A stretch of DNA of 64,000 bases. Source: a virus. Under the pieces are notes generated by a model that worked only from the letters and a program-made list of their open reading frames with translations, was not told the origin of the DNA and did no database searches. The stretch covers positions 7,650-71,649 of the IMG/VR virus record IMGVR_UViG_3300044527_000814; one strand, 5' to 3'. Position numbers and translations under genes: made by a program. Shown here piece by piece: positions 55,603-63,808 of this stretch; within the stretch, counting starts at the first letter, position 1, and each line of letters begins with the position of its first letter.

Positions 55603-55675
55603 CGCTCCAGGCAGGAGTCGAACCTGCGACCAACGGCTTAGGAAGCCGCTGCTCTATCCTCTGAGCTACTGGAGC
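55603..55675 (-). tRNA. trnR: tRNA-Arg(CCT)
   Basis: Cloverleaf GCTCCAG-TA-GCTC..GAGC-A-GCGGC-TTCCTAA-GCCGT-TGGTC-GCAGG-TTCGACT-CCTGC-CTGGAGC-G. No encoded CCA. Confidence 0.95.
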
Positions 55676-56026
55676 CTAGCCTTCGCGCGTGAGCTTCATC
55701 GCGTAGGCAAAATTCTCGGCCACGTACCTGGGGGCCATGAGCGCAGAGATGCCACACGGAACGGCGAGCCGCTCCATAAGCATCTTGCACTCGGCGCATA
55801 GCGGTAGGCCGTCCGACATGATCACGATCTGAGCGTTCCGATCAAGCGGCAGACGCTTCCAGAGCAGAGCAGCCCTGCGCTCAAACCTGTTGACTGTGTG
55901 CCAGGGGTCGAACGTGCAGATGAGCACCTTGCCCGAGGTGCGCGGCGTCTCATCGCTCTCTTCGTCGTCCACGTTGCCCCCGGCTGGTTGCCATCGAGTG
56001 GCAACGCCTGTAGAGCGTGATAACAT
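55676..56026 (-). CDS. hypothetical protein
   Basis: 116-aa ORF whose stop abuts the tRNA 5' end. Confidence 0.5.
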   Translation of the reverse strand: MLSRSTGVATRWQPAGGNVDDEESDETPRTSGKVLICTFDPWHTVNRFERRAALLWKRLPLDRNAQIVIMSDGLPLCAECKMLMERLAVPCGISALMAPRYVAENFAYAMKLTREG

Positions 56027-56049
56027 GAACGACGAAGCGTGTTCCTGCC

Positions 56050-57135
56050 ATGACTGATCACATCAAAGTGGGGGGCGTCGGGTTGGTTCCAGCAACCAAC
56101 CTAGACGCCCTGCGCCGCTTCGGGCGGAACGACCCTGCGCGCCTGAAGATGCATCTGGAGTCGCTGGCCGCCTTCTTGGAGCAGCAGTCGAACCACACGA
56201 AGCGCGCGTACGCTTTTGCGCTGAAGCAGTTCTTCACGCTTCACGAGTGGACCTGCCCAGAGGACGTGAACGTCGCCCACGTCGCCGCCTGGAAGAAGCG
56301 CATGAAGACCGAGGGCAAGAGCGACGCGACCATCCAGGCGCGGCTTGCGGCCCTCACGAGCTACTTCAACTTCTTGATGCTCCCACATGGCGCCACCACC
56401 GAGCCGCTGGTTCGCGCCAACCCGGCGATGGCGATCACACGCGACGACGTGCGTGTGACGCCCTTCGGCCGGTCGCACATCCTCGACTGGGACAAGTTCA
56501 AGCGCATTCTCGACGCCCTCACCGGCGACGATGCGCGAACTGCCCGCGACCGCGCCATCTTGATCTTCTTCGCCTACACCGGACGCCGACGCTCCGAGGT
56601 CGCCAACCTGCGCATCGGAGACCTGCATCTTGAAGGGCAGGAGCGCTGGTACAAGGCCATGGTGAAGGGCCACAAGGAGCAGAAGTTCGAGCTGCCCGCG
56701 ATCGTCTACGAAGCGCTTGTGACCTACTGGAAGGCCGCGGGTCGATGGGGGAAGCTGCGACCGGAGCACGGCGTGTTCAGCGAGGCGAAGCCGAACATCA
56801 AACGCCGCATGCTCGGCATCGGTAAGAACGACCCCCTGAACGACGAGACGCTGCGACGCATCCTGATTGAGGCCGCGCATCGCGCCGGGATCGACAAGGA
56901 CCCCGACGTCCACCCGCACGCGATCCGTCACATGGTCGCGCGCGACATGCTCCGCGCAAAAGTCCCGCTCCAGGACATCCAGGATGCACTCGGACACGCG
57001 TCTCCGGCGACGACGCAGATCTATACAAAGCAGATCGGCGGCCAGCGCAGCGCACACGAAGACGCTCTGATCAGCGTTCGCGGCGGGGCCACGCCGACCA
57101 CGCCACAAGACCTCCAATCAGCACCCACGGAATGA
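56050..57135 (+). CDS. tyrosine recombinase (Xer/integrase family)
   Basis: RDRAIL...TGRRRSE, K, HAIRH, LGH...TTQIY. Confidence 0.95.
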   Translation: MTDHIKVGGVGLVPATNLDALRRFGRNDPARLKMHLESLAAFLEQQSNHTKRAYAFALKQFFTLHEWTCPEDVNVAHVAAWKKRMKTEGKSDATIQARLAALTSYFNFLMLPHGATTEPLVRANPAMAITRDDVRVTPFGRSHILDWDKFKRILDALTGDDARTARDRAILIFFAYTGRRRSEVANLRIGDLHLEGQERWYKAMVKGHKEQKFELPAIVYEALVTYWKAAGRWGKLRPEHGVFSEAKPNIKRRMLGIGKNDPLNDETLRRILIEAAHRAGIDKDPDVHPHAIRHMVARDMLRAKVPLQDIQDALGHASPATTQIYTKQIGGQRSAHEDALISVRGGATPTTPQDLQSAPTE

Positions 57136-57634
57136 CGGACGTGGACCCGGCGTTCGGCTTCGGGGCCTTTGATTTTGCGATTAGCTCCCGGATGAGCCCC
57201 TCAGAGTTTTTTAAGAGAGCTTTCAGTCCGTAGTGCAAAGGCTTCGGCATCTGGTCGAACTCGACCCACTTGTACTTGTCGTTCTCCCAGTTCATCTCAG
57301 GCTCGAACTCGGTCGGCACGACACCGATGAAGTTGTAGTACCGAAAGGTGCCCGACTCGTACACGTACGCCGGGTGCATCTCAACCGGCCCGAAGTAGTC
57401 AAGCTCTTCTTGAATCTCGCGACGCGTTGACTTCTCGGGGTCTTCGCCGCGGTCGATGGCACCCCCGGCTGTGCCCCATGTCAACGGCTCCATGACGTTG
57501 CGTGACCTCCGCAGCACGAGCAGGCGACCCGTGTCTCGGGCGAGGAGCAGCGCACCGGCGGCGCGCTTGCCCCAGAACACACGCCCGCCGCTGGTGAACG
57601 CCCCCTCGCGGTCTTCGGGATCATTCGGGATCAT
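57071..57634 (-). CDS. NUDIX hydrolase with hydrophobic C-terminus after KPN
   Basis: GGAIDRGEDPEKSTRREIQEEL Nudix box. Confidence 0.9.
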   Translation of the reverse strand: MIPNDPEDREGAFTSGGRVFWGKRAAGALLLARDTGRLLVLRRSRNVMEPLTWGTAGGAIDRGEDPEKSTRREIQEELDYFGPVEMHPAYVYESGTFRYYNFIGVVPTEFEPEMNWENDKYKWVEFDQMPKPLHYGLKALLKNSEGLIRELIAKSKAPKPNAGSTSVIPWVLIGGLVAWSAWPRRER

Positions 57635-58248
57635 GGCGACTTTCTCCAGTTTACAGACACCCACAGCGCAACCACGGCCAGGATTGACCACGGGAGAACC
57701 GATCCACCCAAATCACCACTGGCCTTTTGCGGCAATCTAGGAGACCCCCGTAGGTCATCCATCAAAGCGGCAGCCCACGCGCGATAGCCAGCGCGCGTGA
57801 AGTGCACGCCATCGGGCGCGTGCCCACCGAAGGTGTACAAGCGGCTGTCGATCCACTGCACGCCCATCTGCGGCAGAAAGCTACCCTGCCACGGCGCGAT
57901 ACGGTCTGCGCGCGCATCGATCTGCGGGTTCTTCGCGCTGGGCGGGCCGATCCAAACGATCGACCGCGCTCCTGATGCACGAATAGCGTCAACTACGGCG
58001 CGCAGTTGCTCAACGTATGCCTGTTGCCCCTGTGCTGCGTCATTGGTGCCCAGGATGACGATGACCATGTCGGGATGGGCCTCTGCGATGCGCGCCTTCC
58101 ACTCAGATTCGTTTCGGTAGCGCCCGGTGCTCCAGCCGACATTCGAAATGCGACCGGCTGGCTCCCACCCAAGGGCCTGCCCGCTCTCGAAGAGGAACGG
58201 ACCAAGCGTGGCGGAGTGAGAATCGCCGACGATGAAGACGCGTGCCAT
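57631..58248 (-). CDS. SGNH/GDSL hydrolase with C-terminal TM
   Basis: GDS, LGTND, DGVH. Confidence 0.9.
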   Translation of the reverse strand: MARVFIVGDSHSATLGPFLFESGQALGWEPAGRISNVGWSTGRYRNESEWKARIAEAHPDMVIVILGTNDAAQGQQAYVEQLRAVVDAIRASGARSIVWIGPPSAKNPQIDARADRIAPWQGSFLPQMGVQWIDSRLYTFGGHAPDGVHFTRAGYRAWAAALMDDLRGSPRLPQKASGDLGGSVLPWSILAVVALWVSVNWRKSP

Positions 58249-58348
58249 GCGCTTGCAGCCTACACGAGCACCGCGCAATGCGCACGCCGGGCGCTGAAAG
58301 TGTCGTGCGGTTCTTGAGGAAACGTCCGACAAGTGTTAGAGGTGGAGC

Positions 58349-59191
58349 ATGCACTTTCGACATCAGCAAGACGAAATCATGTTCGGCAAACTGAAGGCGT
58401 ATCTCGTTCAATCGATGCAGGGCGCCCCCGAGCACGTACTGAACAACGCGCTGCGCGTGCTCGGGCGTATCGAGTCCATGGCGTTCTACGAGGGCGTACG
58501 ACAGGGTTCCGTCGCCCGCGCCCTCGAAGACAGGCTGCATCCAGAACTTGACCGTCACCCCATCGCGCAGCACGCGCGCGTCTACAACGCCGGATTCACG
58601 CCGCTGGCAGAGGCCGAGCGTGCCTACATCGAGCGCTTCGTGGTCGACAAGGCAGACGCGGACTCCTTCCTGCCCTCGTGCATGGAGGCTGAGCCCCTGC
58701 TTGTGCCGCCCATGACGCTGAGCGAAGCCCTCGCGCGCCCCGAGCAGGCCTTTGGCCTCGCCGCACCGCTGCAACCCACGCCGAGCGCGCCGCCCGCGGT
58801 CAGCGCCCCGGGGCTCGACGTACTCGCATCGCTCATCGGAGACGAGCACCAGATGCTCGCGGAACTGATCCGAAACGCCGACTCGAACGGCATCATCGAG
58901 TTCTCCGCCATCGAGTCAGACGGGTCTTCCCTCGCCGCTGAGCAGCCCAGCTTCATCGAGAAGTGCCGAGACGTCTTGCAGGGCCGCATGGGGACCGGCT
59001 GGAACCCAGATAGCTGGAAGGACGTCGTTTTCGCGGTGCGAGACGACCTGAAGGCCGACCCCTACATGATCGATCTCAGCCTGTCTACCGATGTAGGCAA
59101 GAACATGCTGCGCTCGATCGGGCTGTTTGAGATCGCCGACTCGATTCTGGACGCGTCGCAGATCCAGGCGATGCTACACTCCAGCACATGA
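58349..59191 (+). CDS. hypothetical protein
   Basis: GAGG/GGAG RBS; 280 aa. Confidence 0.7.
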   Translation: MHFRHQQDEIMFGKLKAYLVQSMQGAPEHVLNNALRVLGRIESMAFYEGVRQGSVARALEDRLHPELDRHPIAQHARVYNAGFTPLAEAERAYIERFVVDKADADSFLPSCMEAEPLLVPPMTLSEALARPEQAFGLAAPLQPTPSAPPAVSAPGLDVLASLIGDEHQMLAELIRNADSNGIIEFSAIESDGSSLAAEQPSFIEKCRDVLQGRMGTGWNPDSWKDVVFAVRDDLKADPYMIDLSLSTDVGKNMLRSIGLFEIADSILDASQIQAMLHSST

Positions 59192-59658
59192 TGCGAACCC
59201 GACCTATCGACCAGTTCCTGTTCATGGCGCTTGCGCCGCTCATCCTGCTTGGCTGTCACACCGAGACGCCGAGCGAAGTCAATCAGCCATGGTTCTGGGC
59301 ACAGGGCGTCGTCGCTGCCGCGGCGCACATCGGCCACACGGTCGATATCGCCAACGCCGACGGCTTCGAGGCGGCCTACGAGCTGGCACCAACCCCTGAC
59401 GCCAAAGAGGAGGTCGAGCGCAAGCACGACGCGATCAACCAGCGCGTGCGTTTGCTGCGTGACATGACGTTCAACGCCTCCGCTGCCATCGAGGCTCTTC
59501 GCTCCGATCAGAACGAACGCCCATGGGTCGAGTGGCTGAAGGTTGCCGTGCCCATCATTGACGACATCGTCGAAGCAGCCGAGCTGCTAGGCGTTGAAGT
59601 GCCTCAGTGGGTCTCATCTACCTTGAAAATGGCCAAGACCGCATGGAGGCTTCCGTGA
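59188..59658 (+). CDS. putative lipoprotein
   Basis: Lipobox LLGC after a hydrophobic stretch. Confidence 0.65.
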   Translation: MMRTRPIDQFLFMALAPLILLGCHTETPSEVNQPWFWAQGVVAAAAHIGHTVDIANADGFEAAYELAPTPDAKEEVERKHDAINQRVRLLRDMTFNASAAIEALRSDQNERPWVEWLKVAVPIIDDIVEAAELLGVEVPQWVSSTLKMAKTAWRLP

Positions 59659-59918
59659 AGATCATCGAAATCATCTTGCGAGTCATCGAGCTTGCCCTTG
59701 ACGCGATTTCTGTCGCGACCCGCGGCGACGACGACACGCAAAACATCGTCCGCATCTTTAGGTCTACACACAAGGGCCTTGCCGACGCGCTGTCCGGCAC
59801 CGAAAGCGTCGAGGACATCTTCAAGAAGCCGCTGTCGGAGATCTGGGGCGGAGACCGGAACGCTCCGACGATCTATGAGGTTCGCAAGGCAGTCGTGAAG
59901 GCACGCGCGAGCGAGTAG
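59655..59918 (+). CDS. hypothetical protein
   Basis: GGAGG RBS + GTG, coupled. Confidence 0.55.
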   Translation: MKIIEIILRVIELALDAISVATRGDDDTQNIVRIFRSTHKGLADALSGTESVEDIFKKPLSEIWGGDRNAPTIYEVRKAVVKARASE

Positions 59919-59921
59919 GAC

Positions 59922-60596
59922 ATGAGCAATCACTCCGTGACAAAGCAGGAAGCCAGCGCGGCATGGGTTCAACTCGGGCGACCGAAGGTCAACCTTGAGC
60001 AGCTACGCCTTGGCATGGAGATCGAGCAGGAGCACACGGGCAGCCTGTACCGAGCCGCCGAGATCGCTCTCGACCACCTAGAGGAACTCGGCGACTACTA
60101 CACACGCCTCATCAAGATGGAGGAGAGGGCGCGCGCAGGGCTGCCTCCAAACCCTGTGCGAGCTAACCCGCAACAGATGACCTCCACCCAGGCATTCAAT
60201 AAGCTCTTCGTCGTACTTGACGAGCGGTTCCCCGACTTCGGCACCTTGACGCTGATCGAGGACGACGAGGCGCATGATGGCGGCAGGCACTACGCCTACT
60301 GCGCACACGATGGGAGCGAGATCGAGATCGCGTTCGCAAGCCACGCGAACGACCATCTTCGCCCTGAGCACATGGAAGCGATGATGGCCCACGAGATGGG
60401 CCACGCGCTCGACTACCGATACGGGAAAGACTTCTTGGAGGACGAGCTTGGCGTGGAGTTGTCCGGCGACGCCGAGCTACGCGCCGACCAGATCGCAGAG
60501 GAAGTCTTCGGGTTTCAGATCAGCTATGACCCGGACTACCGCTACGTGCAGACCAAGAACAGGGGCGTATACCCGAGGCCAAAGGGGCTGAAGTAG
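59922..60596 (+). CDS. DUF5661-like domain + PNP/ANP linker + HExxH zincin-like domain
   Basis: GMEIEQEHT...IALDHLEE..DYYTRL; AHEMGH...E..AD. Confidence 0.7.
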   Translation: MSNHSVTKQEASAAWVQLGRPKVNLEQLRLGMEIEQEHTGSLYRAAEIALDHLEELGDYYTRLIKMEERARAGLPPNPVRANPQQMTSTQAFNKLFVVLDERFPDFGTLTLIEDDEAHDGGRHYAYCAHDGSEIEIAFASHANDHLRPEHMEAMMAHEMGHALDYRYGKDFLEDELGVELSGDAELRADQIAEEVFGFQISYDPDYRYVQTKNRGVYPRPKGLK

Positions 60597-61057
60597 AGCA
60601 CCCCGTACACGGTGTAGGTCGCGCCAGGGTTACGGCGAATGGCGTATTTCTTCGGAAACCTGACGGTGGCCTTCGAGCCACCAGCGGCGCGCTTCTGAGC
60701 GACCCACTTGCGTGCCTTGGCTTTGGGGATCTTGGCAGCAATGCGCGCCGGACGGCACAGAGGGTATCCGCCGTCTCGCTTGCTCCTCCCACACGCCGCA
60801 TACCCACCACCCTTCAGTGGACGAGCAAGATCGACCCACTTCTCCGCGTACCACTTGGCGAGCGGCTTGCTGCCCTTCTTGCCCCGGAACTTGCCACCCT
60901 CTCGCTTGTACTGCTGAACCAGCTGACCGCTGGTGTACGCGTTCCATCGCGTGGTCTTGGCGCGCAGGCGCTCCTTGATGCGGCACCACAGCTTTGCGTT
61001 GACGACGTGCGCCGGAGCCTTGCACGCGCGCGACGTGCGCTTACCGCGTGACGCCAC
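60542..61057 (-). CDS. basic DUF5872-like protein with RTSR leader and RRNP
   Basis: SGQLVQQYKREGG...KWYAEKWVD...YPLCRP. Confidence 0.7.
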   Translation of the reverse strand: MASRGKRTSRACKAPAHVVNAKLWCRIKERLRAKTTRWNAYTSGQLVQQYKREGGKFRGKKGSKPLAKWYAEKWVDLARPLKGGGYAACGRSKRDGGYPLCRPARIAAKIPKAKARKWVAQKRAAGGSKATVRFPKKYAIRRNPGATYTVYGVLYFSPFGLGYTPLFLVCT

Positions 61058-61448
61058 GGAGGGACTCCTGGAGCCGTGCGATCACCCTGTCGCCAACCTC
61101 GCGCGCCTCTTCGGCCGCCTCGAAGTGCTTTCCGCCAAGAAGTCGGTTCCCACCTGGAATCCGCGCAAGAAGCTCGCTGATATCCAACGCATAGGTAACC
61201 GCCGCGCGCAGCCTGCCCTCGTTCAAAGCTTCGCGCGCCTTCTCGGTGGCCTCTTCAAGAGACGGCTCTCCGGTGTGAGCATACTGCCCGTACCCAAACA
61301 TCTGCGGGTTCTCGTGCATCGACCCCACGGTCTGCACGGCGCCCCGCGCGTATCTCATGACACGCGAACCGCTCACTACGCGCTGTTTCTGCTTCACTGC
61401 GCGCACAGCGCTCCGGGACGTCTTCCTCGCCAGAACCTTCTTGCCCAT
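61041..61448 (-). CDS. protein with basic RKTSR leader ending MHENP
   Basis: Basic leader followed by an acidic helical domain. Confidence 0.65.
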   Translation of the reverse strand: MGKKVLARKTSRSAVRAVKQKQRVVSGSRVMRYARGAVQTVGSMHENPQMFGYGQYAHTGEPSLEEATEKAREALNEGRLRAAVTYALDISELLARIPGGNRLLGGKHFEAAEEAREVGDRVIARLQESLRGVTR

Positions 61449-61501
61449 GGCGTGAGACACTAGCACAAGCGGCGCCCGCGTGTGATAACTTCGCCAACGA
61501 C

Positions 61502-62017
61502 ATGGCCACCAAACCCTACGCCGACTACGACCCAATCTACACAAATCTCTACCAGGGGTCGTACCCCAAACTCAACGCAGAGTTGCTCAAGAAGTTCGAC
61601 ATCGTGGTGTACTGCGCGATGGAGCAGCAGCCAACGGACGCTGCCATCAAGGCCGCGCTGAAACCACTCGACCCTGGGACGCGGAAAGACAAGCAGGTCA
61701 TCAAGTTCCCTATGGACGACGATCCGTACCAGCCGATCGAAGCGCCGCTGAACAGGCAGCTTATCGCACAGGCACTTCAGCTTGCCTCGGCGCTGCGAGC
61801 TGGCAGGACAGTCCTGATTACTTGCATGATGGGCATGAACCGGAGCGGTCTTTTGTCCGCGATGACACTCATGGCGGCAAGCGGATGCAGCGGGAAAGCT
61901 GCACTCGACACGATTCGCACCGGCAGGCGCCCGATGGACGACGGCACCCGCGCGCTCTTCAACCCTATGTTCGCGCGGTTTGTTGAAACCCGAGACCCAA
62001 GAAAGATTTTTCCCTAA
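61502..62017 (+). CDS. dual-specificity protein phosphatase
   Basis: NLYQGS, PMDD, CMMGMNRS (CX5R). Confidence 0.9.
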   Translation: MATKPYADYDPIYTNLYQGSYPKLNAELLKKFDIVVYCAMEQQPTDAAIKAALKPLDPGTRKDKQVIKFPMDDDPYQPIEAPLNRQLIAQALQLASALRAGRTVLITCMMGMNRSGLLSAMTLMAASGCSGKAALDTIRTGRRPMDDGTRALFNPMFARFVETRDPRKIFP

Positions 62018-62682
62018 ATGATTTCCGCGACATACTCGCGTATCTGAGAGCAGACCTCACTATAGATCTGCGATACCCGGGCAACGCTGACGCCGATCTC
62101 TGCTGCGACCTCGGTCAGCGTTTTTCCACGCAGAACCACTGAGTCGGCAACCTGCTGCTCGCGCGGCTCCATCTTTCCGACCGCAGCTTCGATCAGACAA
62201 ACAAGCTCCCGCGCGGACGCCTCGTCTTCCTGCTCGCCCATGACTGGCGAGAAGAAGTACTCGTCCTTGGCGAAAGCAAGGTGCCTGAGCCGTGCCGGAA
62301 GAGGCTCGTCTTCGGTGTTTTCCGCGCTGCGCTGTGAGGCTACGGCATCCAGCTCCGTGCGAGACCGAACATCAAGCCGACGAATCGCGTCGAGCATCCT
62401 GTAGCGGATGCGCCGCGCTACCCAGCTGAACTCGGAACTGCCGTACCCTTCGTAGGTAGCAACCGCCTCCAGCACAGCCACTCGACCCTCGGCGGCGAGG
62501 TCGTCGGCATCAAGACAGTGACCGAGAGCAGCCTGCGGGTACATCGTGCTCGCGATGCGCTGCACAAGCAGCTCGTACTTCGCAAGGACCGCCGGGGCCC
62601 CTGCGTTCGACCACGCATGCGAGCCGCTCAGGCGGCTCACTTCACGTGGATCGGTTTCGGAGGTTAAGGGCAATGCCAGCAC
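62014..62682 (-). CDS. sigma-70 family (FliA/SigF-like) sigma factor
   Basis: DDL..EG...LEA, RIRYRMLDAIR, TLTEVAAEIGVSVARVSQI. Start uncertain. Confidence 0.88.
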   Translation of the reverse strand: MLALPLTSETDPREVSRLSGSHAWSNAGAPAVLAKYELLVQRIASTMYPQAALGHCLDADDLAAEGRVAVLEAVATYEGYGSSEFSWVARRIRYRMLDAIRRLDVRSRTELDAVASQRSAENTEDEPLPARLRHLAFAKDEYFFSPVMGEQEDEASARELVCLIEAAVGKMEPREQQVADSVVLRGKTLTEVAAEIGVSVARVSQIYSEVCSQIREYVAEII

Positions 62683-63409
62683 CCAGTACGACCAAAGCGA
62701 CTGCGAATAACGCGTAGAGCGGGAGGTCTACCTCAAGCTCTTCCGGCTCAAAGCCAAAGTCCGTGACGTCATCGGATAGCGCCGACCACGTGGGCTTGGT
62801 CAGATCCATGGCTGAGCCAGGCTTGATCGCCAGCGTCAGGTTTCGGTTCACGATCAAGCCACCGGACTCAAGCCACGGCTTCGGGTCAATGGTCAGCGTT
62901 CCGTACCCTCGCCCAGCGTTGGTGCCAAGGTACGGCGAAGATCCGTCAGCAGCTGCGCGGCGAAGCTCCAGGTGAAGATGCGGCGCCATGACCCTGCGCC
63001 GAGCTGGGTCAGATGGGTCGTCTGCGCGCCATTGTGCCGGGGTCTGACCCGACGGGGGCGAGAACTTGCCGTTGCTCGTGTTGCCGATGCGACCGACCAT
63101 CGTGCCTGCGGATACGCGCTGCCCCGGAGACACCACGACGCTCGACATGTGCCCATAGAGGGCCCACGTGCCGTTTCCATGGTTGATGACAACGGCGTTA
63201 CCGTAGCCGCGAAGACCTTGTGCCGGTCTCAAGTCTTGGCTGACTGTCTCGACCACCCCACCCTGAACAGCAATGACCGGCGCGTTATTGCCTGCGTTCA
63301 GGTCCATACCTGCGTGAACCGTAGGCCTGCCTGACGTGCGACCCGGTCGGGTACGCATGTTCGACAGCATCTTGCCTCGATTGACTTGGATGGGCGGAGC
63401 GTAAGACAT
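62642..63409 (-). CDS. M23 peptidase with C-terminal TM
   Basis: HAGMD, GYGN, YGHM, HLHLE; MSY start. Confidence 0.9.
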   Translation of the reverse strand: MSYAPPIQVNRGKMLSNMRTRPGRTSGRPTVHAGMDLNAGNNAPVIAVQGGVVETVSQDLRPAQGLRGYGNAVVINHGNGTWALYGHMSSVVVSPGQRVSAGTMVGRIGNTSNGKFSPPSGQTPAQWRADDPSDPARRRVMAPHLHLELRRAAADGSSPYLGTNAGRGYGTLTIDPKPWLESGGLIVNRNLTLAIKPGSAMDLTKPTWSALSDDVTDFGFEPEELEVDLPLYALFAVALVVLGAGIALNLRNRST

Positions 63410-63421
63410 CTTGGGCCTCTC

Positions 63422-63808
63422 TCAGACCCCGGTTCCGAAGAGAATCTGCTGCGGCACCTGATGGCGGCCGAGAATATTCCTCTTCACCCCGTCGGCGCAG
63501 ATATGGCGGATCTCGTCCCAGGTCAGGAACATGGGCTGCTGCGCGGCGCAGCGGCGACACGGAGACAACACGGAGACGCCCTGCTGAATCGGGGCGATTC
63601 CATGTACCTTCTGGCCGTATACGACCGCAAGGATCTCCGGCCACTCCAAGATCATCTTCGACTGCCACCCACAGGTCTGGCAGCCGAACACGCACTCCAC
63701 GCCATGCGACGCGATGCGCGTACCGACATCGCCCATCTCGTCGGCGCCAAGGCCGGACATCATGTCTTCAGAACTGTCGGAGTACTCGGAAAAGACTTTG
63801 ATGCTCAT
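63422..63808 (-). CDS. Zn-binding protein with leader ending MSGLG
   Basis: AAGGAG RBS; CQTC and CRRC. Confidence 0.7.
   Translation of the reverse strand: MSIKVFSEYSDSSEDMMSGLGADEMGDVGTRIASHGVECVFGCQTCGWQSKMILEWPEILAVVYGQKVHGIAPIQQGVSVLSPCRRCAAQQPMFLTWDEIRHICADGVKRNILGRHQVPQQILFGTGV

Noticed and set aside
55603-55675. tRNA as an attL/attR prophage boundary
   Set aside because: Viral-style genes lie on both sides, and I found no duplicate of the tRNA 3' end in the window.
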